Assembly: GCA_040954595.2 (NCBI GenBank)
Contig: CM082597.2
Location: forward strand, 6,223,749-6,287,748
Source: Balanoglossus misakiensis
Lineage: Eukaryota > Animalia > Hemichordata
DNA: 64,000 nucleotides
Direction of reading: 5' to 3'
How positions within the stretch are numbered: position 1 is the first letter of the stretch; each line of letters begins with the position of its first letter. Of this stretch, positions 25,321 to 36,803 are shown in pieces. Below the pieces are notes generated by a model, which saw only the letters and a list, made by a program, of their open reading frames with translations, was not told the origin of the DNA and searched no databases. The position numbers were made by a program, and so were the translations under genes.

Positions 25321-27639
25321 AAGTTTAAATGTCTCTTGGTTCCTATGACAAATCAATACAAGGTACGGTAAGTGTAATAGGTCATTTTCTGTTTACAGGA
25401 AAGAAGAGGATATGTGTGTACCAGTATGGAATCAATAGCCAGAGCAGCAGATGCAGAGACGCTTCTTTGGACCAGATGACTTTCTTTTCAGTGGAGTAAA
25501 CCAACTTTGTGTGATTTTATCGTCATTTCAAGAACTGAACTCTCCCCCCCCCCAATGGGTTACATTTGAACATTAATCACTCCCAACCTTAGTTATTATG
25601 ATCCATAGTCCAATTTTTGTATTGTTATCCCAGAGAGAGAGACAGAGCAGGTTAAAATTAAATTGCAATGTGTATATTTCAGTATTGTCAGTCTTGCCAT
25701 TGAAATTGAATATTTTCTAATAAAGCTCATCATCTTGTTTTATTAATTCCTAAATTATTGCTCTGATTTGTTCAGTATAACCTGAAGGTTGTTGTGTCCT
25801 ATAGGCACAATAAGCATTGCGCGCAACAAGTAATTAGTGTAAATTATTAAAATTAATACTAACGGCACTGGATACAGCAGCTTTCAGGTGTTTACCATTT
25901 AGCAGCGCATAAAGAAAAAGTTAACAACCAACATACGCTAAATGGTAAACAAAAGAAAAAGGAATTAAAACTTTCCTGTATTGGTACAAAATGTGTGTGA
26001 AACTGTTGTGTTTGGAAAGCAAACATGACAATGAACAGTAAACCACTACTGCATGTGGTTCGACTTGCTCTCTCTCTCTCTCTCTAAATTTGAATTTTCA
26101 TTTTATTGTACTATAGGCATGATTCACTGGTATTGTACATTTTGAAAGTATGATTTGATTATTTGGAAGAAAGGTTTAATGGCCATGTTTTCATGATTAA
26201 TATTGAAGTATGAATATGTACATTTAAGGTTATAACAGAAAAACCTGGGTCAGTAAAACTGCCGCAACATAAGTAGTCGACTACCTGACCCTTGAACTTT
26301 TAATTAATCATGTGACCCGGCAGCCATCTTGGATTAAATATTAAAATGGACCTCATTTGCTTAACAAATGAGGAATCAAAATTCTGTAAACAATCTTATC
26401 CTACATGCCCCTTTACAAGGTCCTAGGCCAAAATTTCTAGAGCATTATTTTTCGTATCCCATGACCTTTGACCCAGCAATTGGCCTCCAACTGCAATTAA
26501 GGTATGGCCACATTTTAAACTGTGGCATTATGGTCTATGTAATGGTCATGGACAGCTAGTGTCTATTATCCAGTGACCAACATGGGACCAAAATAAAAGT
26601 CAAATTTTGGGAGTTCCCCCTGACCTCTGAAGGTATTTAGTATGTGCATTAACCAATAGAGCCAGAGGACTGGTTTTGTTAGACATTCAAGGAAATGGGG
26701 GCAACATGTAACCACCATATTTTGTGGTTACCCCCCTGACCTTTCACTCTTATTAATTATGCACATATTTAATTCTACCTAGAATTTTGTGCATATCTAA
26801 TTATAGGCTTGCAAATAGACCTTAGCTGATGTTTGGGGGAGAGGTAGCATTATGGAATAAAATTGTTTTGCCAACATGATGTGAATTACGAGATGATTAT
26901 AAAAGGGGCAGGCTTCATATTTGATCAAATGAAGCACATAACTTGAAAGGTTAACCCCTTGACATTTGGCCCTCATTAATTATGTGCATATCTTATTCTA
27001 GGCTAACCAATAGGGCTTGAGCTCCATTTTTTGGTGGACAGAGACCATTATGGCTTCATTTGGCCATTATGTCATGTGACCTTTATGACCTTTGACCTCA
27101 ATGTCACATAGTTGAATATTAATGACCTTTTAAGTGCTCAAAGGTTCACATTTTGTGTGATGAAGCGCCCTGTGGTGCACTGTCCCTGACCTCAAACATT
27201 ATGAAATGAAATTCTAGGCAAACAAATAGAAAAGAGGTCTTTATCGTTATAATTAAGGTCAATTATGTGATCAAAATATTTGGCCAACATGTCACATGAC
27301 CTTGACCTTAAAAGTGGCTTATTTGCATGATCTTTGGACATGCTTTGGCCTGGCAATGCTTCTTGTAGCTTTAATTTATTATTTATTTTTTTATTTGTTT
27401 GTTTGTTGTGTTTGTTTGTTTTTGCCTGTTTGTTTATGTATTTTTGTTTGTGTATTTGAATTTGTTTGTTTTATTAGTTTGTTTTCTTGTTTGTTTACTT
27501 GTTTATCCAGAAATCCATCCATTCATTTTTTTGTGTATGTGTGTGTGTGTGTGTGCGTTGGTACGTGTATATTATGTATGTTTGATTTTTTCTGTGGAGG
27601 GACACAAGTTTTTGTGTCTAGGATTTTTGTTAGGTGTCT

Positions 27640-28380
27640 GGGAGTTGTATTGCCATGTATGTAATTTTGAATCGTATTTTAATTTCCATGATTTTTTGGG
27701 TGTCTGGGAATTTTCTGGTTGTATTTGGCATCCATGATTGCCATTGCTGATTTTTTTAATTCTATTGAATGTTCATAAGTTTTTGGTTCTGGGAGGTGTG
27801 TGGTTTTTGCTGTCTCTGATTGCCGTGGTTGTCTTTTTAAATTCTTTTGAATGGTCATGATTTTTTGGGGGTGCGTTAAAGTGTACTGGGTTTGCATTTA
27901 GACTTCTGTGATTTCCATGGTTTTTTGGGGGAATTTGTGGTTGAATGTTCATACGTTTTTGGTGTCTGGGAATTCTGTGGTATTTGCTGTCTCAGATTGC
28001 CGTGGTTGTCTTTTCTTTTGAATGGTCATGATTTTTTGACTGTCTGAAGGAGTTATGGGTTTGCATTTAGACATCTGTGATTGCCATGGTCTTTTGGGGG
28101 GGGGGTGTAGTTGAATGTTCATAAGTTTTTGGTGTCTGGGAATTCTGTGGTATTTGCTGTCTCTGATTGCCGTGGTTGGCTTTTCTTTTGAATGGTCATG
28201 ATTTTTTGACTGTCTGAAAGAATTCTGGGTTTGCATTTAGACATCCGTGATTGCCATGGAAATTGTAGTTGAATGTGTAAAGTTCTTGGTGTCTAAGAGA
28301 TCTGTTGTTGTATTTTGGCATTTGTGATTGCCATTTCCTGTGTTTTTTTGAATTCATATTGAATTTTCATGATTGTTGGA
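27640..28380 (+). repeat. Tandem repeat with a ~160-176-bp period (two related ~85-bp halves), T/G-rich on the + strand
   Basis: Marker ttgaatgt at ~27765, 27941, 28110 and 28269. Confidence 0.85.
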
Positions 28381-28849
28381 GGAGTTTGGTGGTTGTTTTC
28401 TGGCATTTTGACGAAGCTGGTTCGAACCCGCGTTCCGAAGAAATCCCAAGATCGCGATCTTCAATTCATTTTTAGCTTTTCACTTTTTTTTGCAGTGTTC
28501 TTTCCCGTGACATAAATAATAAATATATATGTGTTTTTTGTGTGTACCGTATTTTAAAGTTATTACGATTAAATTGTTTGTCTCATTTATCCCCAATGTT
28601 GAAATTTTTTCCTCGATGTTGGGTGCCTTTAATGAAGTTTTCCCAATGGCTATAACAGATGAGAAGGTTTCAATTTGCAATATTTTTGAGAATACAGTGT
28701 GTATAGCATGACTTACCAGATGTAAAAACTTTTGCAATAGATCCTTCAAGTCCAGTGTAGTTTCCTGGGATCAGTTCATTAGTTGATTTTCACACGCGCG
28801 CGCTGAACAGTTTTAAATACCGGTATATCTGTTTTTATTCTTCACATTT

Positions 28850-31800
28850 TAATGTGAACATTATGATTTTGCTTTTGCTTGACATTTATACTTGCATAGA
28901 TCAGGTGACTGTACACATTTGTTACATGCTTATGCATGTTTGAGTGTTTACAGTGCTTTGATTTTTTGATACTTTTTTAAATACATAATGTGTTTGCAGA
29001 AGCCTTATAGGCATATTTCGGTTATAATATTTAGGGGGCATAATGGGGAATTTTCGCTCATAAATTGAATAACATCGAGCCTATAAATCATGGCTTACAG
29101 GCAACACATTATATACACCTTTTGAACAATAAGACATTTTACTTTTTGGTTTCAATTTGCTTTTACTTGACATTTTAGAGTATTTTTAACAGTTTTGGTG
29201 CGTTTGCATGTGATTTTGTACAGATTATTGTACAGATTTGTCACATGCTTAGGCATTGTGTGCGTGTTTACATTTCTTTGAAATTTTGTTGATTTTTTAA
29301 AGACATAAATAATGTGTTTGCTAAAGCTGTATAGGCATATTTCAGTTATAATATTTAGGGGGGGGAATGGGGAATTTTTGCTCATAAAATGAATAACATT
29401 GAGCCTATGAAACATGGCTTACAGGCAACACATTATATACACCTTTTGAACAATAAAAAACTTTACTTTTTGGCATTTACTTTAAAAGTTTTCTTTATTT
29501 AATACCCTCAGTTATTTTACATTGAATATTCATTTTTTACCCTGAATAGTTTGGGGTCTTAATGAAAGTTTTCTGATAACTATATCAGATGAGGTTCCAA
29601 TTTACCTCTACTTGACATTTTAAAGTATTTATTTTTTTAACAGTTTTAGTGTATGAGTATGTGATTTTCGTACAGACTATTGTACAGATTTGTCACATGC
29701 TTATGCTTTATGTGAGTGTTTACAGTTCTTTGAATTTTTAATTTTTTTTATAAAGACATTAATAATGTGTTTGCAGAAGCCTTATAGGCATATTTTTGTT
29801 ATAATATTTAGGGGGGCATAATAGGGAATTTTGCTCATAAATTATATATCATCAAGCCTATGAAATATGGCTTACAGGCAACACATTATATACACCTTTT
29901 GAACAATAAGATTTTTTACTTTTTGGTTTCAATTTGCTTTTACTTGACATTTTAGAGTATTTTTAACAGTTTTGGTGAGTTAGCGTGTGATTTTGTACAG
30001 ATTATTGTACAGATTTATCACATGCTTATGCATTGTGTGCGTGTTTACAGTGCTTTGATTTTTTGTTTATTTTTTATAAATACATAATGTGTTTGCTAAA
30101 GCTATATAGGCATATTTCGTTATAAAATTTAGGGGGAAAATGGGGAATTTTCGCTCATAAATTGAACAACATTGAGCCTATGAAACATGGCTTACAGGCA
30201 ACACATTATATACACCTTTTGAACAAAAAAATACTTTACTTTTTGGCATTTACTTTAATAGTTTTCTTTATTTAATACCCTCAGTTATTTTACAATTGAA
30301 TATTCATTTTTTACCCTGAATGTTTTGGGGTCTTAATGAAAGTTTTCCAATAACTATATCAGATGAGGTTCCAATTTACCTCTACTTGACATTTTAAAGT
30401 ATTTATTTTTTTAACAGTTTTAGTGTATGAGTATGTGATTTTGTACTGATTGTTGTACAGATTTGTCACATGCTTATGCATTCTATGAGTGTTTACAATT
30501 CTTTGAATTTTTATTTTTTATTTATAAAGACATTAATAATGTGTTTGCTAAAGCCTTATAGGCATATTTCGGTCATAATATTTAGGGGGGCATAATAGGG
30601 AATTTTCGCTTATAAATTGAATAACATCGAGCCTATGAAACATGGCTTACAGGCAACACATTATATACACCTTTTGAACAAAAAAATACTTTACTTTTTG
30701 GCATTTACTTTAATAGTTTTCTTTATTTAATACCCTCAGTTATTTTACAATTGAAAATTCATTTTTTACCCTGAATGCATGGTTTGGGGTCTTAATGAAA
30801 GTTTTCTGATAACTATCTCAGATGAGGTTCCAATTTTCCTCTACTTGACATTTTAAAGTATTTATTTTTTTAACAGTTTTAGTGTATGAGTGTGTGATTT
30901 TCGTACAGATTATTGTACAGATTTGTCACATGCTTATGCATTATGTGAGTGTTTACAGTTCTTTGAATTTTTGATGATTTTTTCAATACATAATGTGTTT
31001 GCAGAAGCCTTATAGGCATATTTCGGTTATAATATTTAGGGAGGCATAATAGGGAATTTTTGCTCATAAATTGAACAACATCCAGCCTATGAAACATGGC
31101 TTAGAGGCAACACATTATATACACCTTTTGAACAATAAAAAAACTTTACTTTTTGGCATTTACTTTAAAAGTTTTCTTTATTTTATACCCTCAGTTATTT
31201 TACATTTGAATATTCATTTTTTACCCTGAATAGTTTGGGGTCTTAATGAAAGTTTTCTGATAACTATATCAGATGAGGTTCCAATTTACCTCTACTTGAC
31301 ATTTTAAAGTATTTATTTTTTTAACAGTTTTCGTGTATGAGTATGTGATTTTCGTACAGATTATTGTACAGATTTGTCACATGCTTACGCATTCTATGAG
31401 TGTTTACAGTTCTTTGAATTTTTTTTTTTTTTTTATAAAGACATAAATAATGTGTTTGCCGAAGCCTTATAGGCATATTTTTGTTATAATATTTAGGGGG
31501 GCATAATAGGGAATTTTCGCTCATAAATTGAACAACATTGAGCCTATGAAATATGGCTTACAGGCAACACATTATATACACCTTTTGAACAATAAGAAAT
31601 TTTACTTTTTGGCATTTACTTTAAAAGTTTTCTTTATTTAATACCCTCAGTTATTTTACAATTGAATATTCATTTTTTACCCTGAATGGTTTGGGGTCTT
31701 AATGAAAGTTTTCCAATAACTATATCAGATGAGGTTCCAATTTACCTCTACTTGACATTTTAAAGTATTTATTTTTTTAACAGTTTTCGTGTATGAGTAT

Positions 31801-32570
31801 GTGATTTTCGTACAGATTATTGTACAGATTTGTCACATGCTTATGCATTCTATGAGTGTTTACAGTTCTTTGAATTTTTTATAATTTTTTTATAAAGACA
31901 TTAATAATGTGTTTGCAGAAGCCTTATAGGCATATCTCGGTCATAATATTTAAGGGGGCATAATAGGGAATTTTCGCTTATAAATTGAATAACATCGAGC
32001 CTATGCAACATGGCTTACAAGCAAAACATTATTTTTACACCCTTTGAAGAATAAAAATACTTTACTTTTTGGTATTTACTTTAAAACTTTTCTTTATTTT
32101 ATACACTTACAGTTATTTTACATTTGAATATTCATTTTTCCCCTGAATGTTTTGGGGTCTTAATGAAAGTTTTCCAATAACTATATCAGATGAGGTTCCA
32201 ATTTACCTTTACTTGACATTTAGTATTTATTTTTTAACAGTTTGGGTGTATGAGTGTGTGATTTTTGTACAGATTATTGTACAGATTTGTCACATGCTTA
32301 TGCATTATGTGAGTGTTTACAGTTCTTTGAATTTTTATTTTTTATTTATAAAGACATAAATAATGTGTTTGCAGAAGCCTTATAGGCATATTTTTGTTAT
32401 AATATTTAGGGGGGCATAATAGGGAATTTTTGCTCATTAATTAAATATCATCAAGCCTATGTAACATGACTTACAGGCAACACATTATTTACTCCCTTTA
32501 AACAAAAAAAACCCTCAGTTATTTTACAATTGAATATTCATTTTTTACCCTGAATGTTTTGGGGGTCTTT
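28850..32570 (+). repeat. Satellite array of about 9 units, with long (~455 bp) and short (~320 bp) monomers
   Basis: Marker gcttacaggcaacacattat at ~29093, 29417, 29870, 30190, 30645, 31099, 31556, 32013 and 32470. Confidence 0.95.
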
Positions 32571-33132
32571 CTATTTTTATATGAAATTTATGACTTTGAG
32601 TTTGCTTGACATTTTAAAGTGCTGAAACTTATGGAACTTAGTTTGGATGAGATTTATTCTCATACATATTAAGTTCCACCAACTATAACATTGATAATTG
32701 TTTCAGAAATTTTTAAGTCATTTGACAAAAACTAATGAAACGTAGTTTGGATGAGATTTATTATCATTCACATTAACTTCCACCATCTATAACATTTGGT
32801 AATTTTTTCAGACATTTTTGTCATTTGACAGTTACATTTTTTCAGAAGGCATTAATGCAATTGTAAACTTCATTCATGATTACCTACGCTTTCCCAGATG
32901 ATTTTTTCCCTATCCCGAAATAGGTTTTTCTCTGGGTTTTAGTGCGGGGTAAATTGTCAGTTTGTGCAGTCATTCTAGTCTAGAATAAAGTACATGAGCC
33001 ACTTCTCTCATGTAAAATTGACCTGTATTGTGTGTGTGTATGCATTTGGATGTGGTAGTTTGCAGGCTGGTTGGAATGGAAATGGCGACTATTCACTGGA
33101 GTGGGTTGGGTGTTTGAATGCGTAGAGAGCTA

Positions 33133-33691
33133 CAGTCAAACCTCTCCATAGTGTCCAGTCAAGGGACTTTCCTAAACTGGCCTTTGTAGACAGGTCATTC
33201 TCGCCCCACCAGACTACGGATTTCTTTCGTTTCACTATCGATATCACGTACTCTGGTTAAAATGGAGTACTGCGCTGGTATTTGAACATATTGGTAATGC
33301 ATATTCATGAGATGACATCATTATAATCTGGCCAATCAAAGCCCGTCTCTCAAGGAGAGCTGGGACAAGAGCACTTCTCAGAGCACTGCCACTGGAAGCC
33401 GCCATGTTGTTTAGAATGAGATGTAATGAGATGCATGAATGGGATGTAACAAGCAATCTGATTGGTTGTTGGATGTACTATGAAAGCGCCTAGACCAAAT
33501 ACTGAATACATGGCAGTATTATACCACAGCCTATTTGCGGGGAGCAGAGCGCTGCCGTAAAAGGGCCGTGGTTTGCGACGATGAGACAGGTGGCCTTTAT
33601 ACAGAGGTCAATTAAATGCACATGCGAATTGCACAGGAATTGTAACAAAGTGGCCACTATATAGAGGTGGCCACTGACAGGGGTTCGACTG
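33133..33691. mobile_element. TA-flanked Tc1/mariner/pogo-like MITE (CAGTCAAACCTC...GGTTCGACTG) with an internal insertion; related fragment at ~49120-49270
   Basis: TA|cagtcaaacc ... ggttcgactg|TA. The segment aagggactttcctaaactggccttt is shared, in reverse orientation, with 49219-49241. Confidence 0.7.
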
Positions 33692-34075
33692 TAGTGGATT
33701 TTGTGCATCAGTCATTAGTACAAACTTGAAATGGTAGCGTCTAATGCGAATCAACATGGAAACCTTAAAAGCAGAAGGAAATATATTAACACTTTCCTCT
33801 GGAAAGCTGCATTGGGAAGGAGTAAACGTGTTGTGGGGAATGTTGGGGAGGGGATCTGGTGGAATAGCCATGCTGTTCTGTCAATACCCCCTGGTTGCAA
33901 TGTCATTAACATCTCCCTGAACAAATGGGACATATAACATGAATATTTAATGAGGAATGAGATGGGGGGGGGGGTGAAACATGTTGCATGGGAACAGCCT
34001 CAGTGATGACTCATCATAGTCCGATGACGATGCAATATGATACAAGCAGAAGTTGTAAAATGACTTTGGACTTAA

Positions 34076-34350
34076 ATGGCGACAATCGTCTTGTGCGCAT
34101 GTGCCAAACCAGAGACCCCTGTCACAAAAATTGTATACAGTCAATGCCATAAGGCAGTGTGCTGTCCTAACAACAGACAAGATGGCGGTGACCATAGTCT
34201 GTCTCGGAGATCAGGAAAAACCAGCAAATTGGGTGAAAGGAATGGACAAAACTAAAGTCTACTTATATGGTGCACATGAAATATGAAAGGAGGCGAAGGC
34301 AGTCTACTATTTGAATGCCTTGAGAGCAAAATTTGCAGAAATTTGGACGA
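34076..34350 (+). mobile_element. Dispersed ~270-bp repeat (copy 2 of 3)
   Basis: Homologous to 1395-1660 and 52582-52860; preceded by TTAA. Confidence 0.75.
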
Positions 34351-35020
34351 AATGTTTGTACACACAAATATGGTCAAAAGTTTAAAAGTAAACAAATGTA
34401 ATTTGGAGATTATGGGAACTGGTCCGTTAGGGTCATCCACTTCTTTGATACAGTCTGTGTCAAAAGGCCACTGACCCCCCCCCCTCCCCATGCAAAGCAG
34501 AAAGGGCCTCCCCTTGAATTTCACAAATGGGGTGACTCATATTTTATCACGAGAGAAATCAGAAACCATTAATATATAGACTAAATATTTTTTTTTTTTT
34601 GCAAATTAGCCACTGCTCTATCAGAAATTCCTTGGAAGAACATCGCCTGGCCTAAGGCATTGAGAAAATTAAGTTTATCAAAATTTAGGGGCTGTTCTAC
34701 TTGAGTATGACATGTATAATCGTTTACCGTAACATGTTTTACTATAGTATAACATACAAAGTTGCGGCAATTAAATATTTTCATATGCATCAATAGCTCA
34801 CGGACACAATAGTTGGTGATAAAAGCACATCAATTTAAGAACGCACACACAATGACCTTTCTAGCAATACATGTTAAAGTTTGTTGGAGAAACGAAATAC
34901 AGTTCATAAAAGTATAGAAATGTTCGGTACAAAATATGGATGAGGAAAAATGGCGCAAGTTTAAACCCCGGTGCGAAACTATTCACCTCGCCCAATGGGG
35001 GCGCTCTGCTACACTCGGCC

Positions 35021-35069
35021 CAGTCTGGTCCCCTGCCCCATTCCCACCGCTGGCTGCGCTACCAGACTA
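35021..35069. mobile_element. 49-bp minimal member of the TAGTCTGG family
   Basis: cagtctggtcccctgcccc...accagacta flanked by the 9-bp direct repeat CACTCGGCC (35012-35020 and 35070-35078). Nearly identical to the 10522 TIR. Confidence 0.85.
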
Positions 35070-35494
35070 CACTCGGCCTTTGGTAAACCAGCGCATGCGC
35101 ACAACCATTGGGCATGGAAAGCGTTCAAGGCACTGGAGGTCAAGCGTTATTTCAAAACAACCGCCTAACAATAAACCGGGTTTTACCGTTAATTGGCGTC
35201 AATTGGAAAATCTTGAAATGTACAGGTACACACCCGCAATGATGAAGTTTCGCCTTCGCTTACCTCGATGACAAAGTTTGTGGTGAACATTAAAAGAGCT
35301 TTACCAACAGAAACTCTGACGATGACAGTAGATCCAAATTTATCCATCCAGCTACCAACCTGGCTTCGCAAATGATCGCCATTCACCGAATGATGGATCT
35401 TGGATAAAGCTATGTCAACGAAAAATGTGTTGACCTAAGTCATATTTAGACAAATGTGACAGAGTCTTTCTCGACACGTATAAACATTTTCTGT

Positions 35495-35579
35495 TGTCTG
35501 TCTGTCTGTCCGTCTGTCTGTCGGTAGGTCCGTCTGTCTGTCTGTCTGTCTGTCCGTCCGTCTGTCTGTCGGTAGGTCC

Positions 35580-35642
<63 letters not shown>

Positions 35643-35688
35643 AGTCAGTCAGCAGGTCTGTCTGTCTGTCTGTCTATCAGTCTGTCTA
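35495..35688 (+). repeat. (TCTG)n microsatellite
   Basis: Direct inspection. Confidence 0.95.
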
Positions 35689-36534
35689 TGATATAAATGG
35701 AATCAAAATGGGAAGGATTATGATCTGCTGGGTACCTCTGTTAGTATGTTGGATGCAGGTGGAAATGTACTCTCAGCTTTCGGACATGGCTGATTCCCCA
35801 CAGAAGTCCCTATACGAGGGAAACGTCCGAAGGGTGACGGATGTACTATGTGCAGATGTTTTCGGGATTATTACTCCATATTTTCGTTTATAATCTGGGC
35901 GTGTTTCTTCCACCCCGGGTTTTGAGACTTCTTTTGAAAACGTATAAAATTCAATCAACATTATAGAACGAAATAATACCTTTCAGTAGGTCGATCTTTG
36001 TCGGCGGATTTTCCACTAATCTTATTAGTTGCCCGATTCCTCCCACCATACGGGTAACACCATAGATAATTTTCTGAGATTTCTTCCCGTATGTAACTCA
36101 GATTACATAGCATGACTCACCGAGACACACCATACTCAATAAATAGTGAGTGTTTTTCAAGGAAAAGAGATCTCAAATTGGTTAGTATCTTAACACAGGT
36201 CCGGGTAGGTACATGTTCTTCATTCAATTGTCTTTGCATGGGGTGAACCATTACATTTTCCTCAGACGGTATGTTTGCAGTTGACTGCTGCGTGTGCGAA
36301 ATATTCTTTGAAATTCAATTTTGATGATCGATACCATGCTAGAGAATCCGTTTTTGTTATTTTGATTTCAAAGTTCTACTGTAGAACAATAACAAACAGC
36401 CCCATGCTTGCGTTAGGAACTAGACATAGTTTTCGTTCTGTGTCTGTACCAGCCAGCCTACCTACCTACCTATCTACCTTGCTACCACTTGCTACGTACG
36501 TACGTTCGCGCGTGCGTATGTGTGTATGGGTATA

Positions 36535-36742
36535 CTGTAAAACACTTTATTTTCGCGAGCAATTAATTTTCGCCAAATACGCGAGAGCCAAAATAGCGTG
36601 AATATAAAAAGTCGCGTAAATTGTTTTTGAGGATAACGATGCAGTGAATGAAATAAGAGAACGCGAAAATTAATACTCGCGAAACAGTGGCCTCTCTTGA
36701 TATCGCGAAAAATTTAACTCGCGAAAATAAAGTGTTTTACAG
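36535..36742. mobile_element. TA-flanked Tc1/mariner-type MITE, TIR CTGTAAAACACTTTATTTTCGCGAG, just upstream of the lectin start
   Basis: Perfect ~25-bp TIRs with TA on both sides. Relatives at 58409-58602 and 60793-60981. Confidence 0.9.
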
Positions 36743-36803
36743 TATATGCAGACAGGTATATAATCACAGTTCCTCTTTTTTCAAGTTTCGGATAACGCTC
36801 ACA

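Noticed and set aside
35268-35375. MTKFVVNIKRALPTETLTMTVDPNLSI, faintly ubiquitin-like
   Set aside because: Only 35 codons, early stop and no supporting exon structure.
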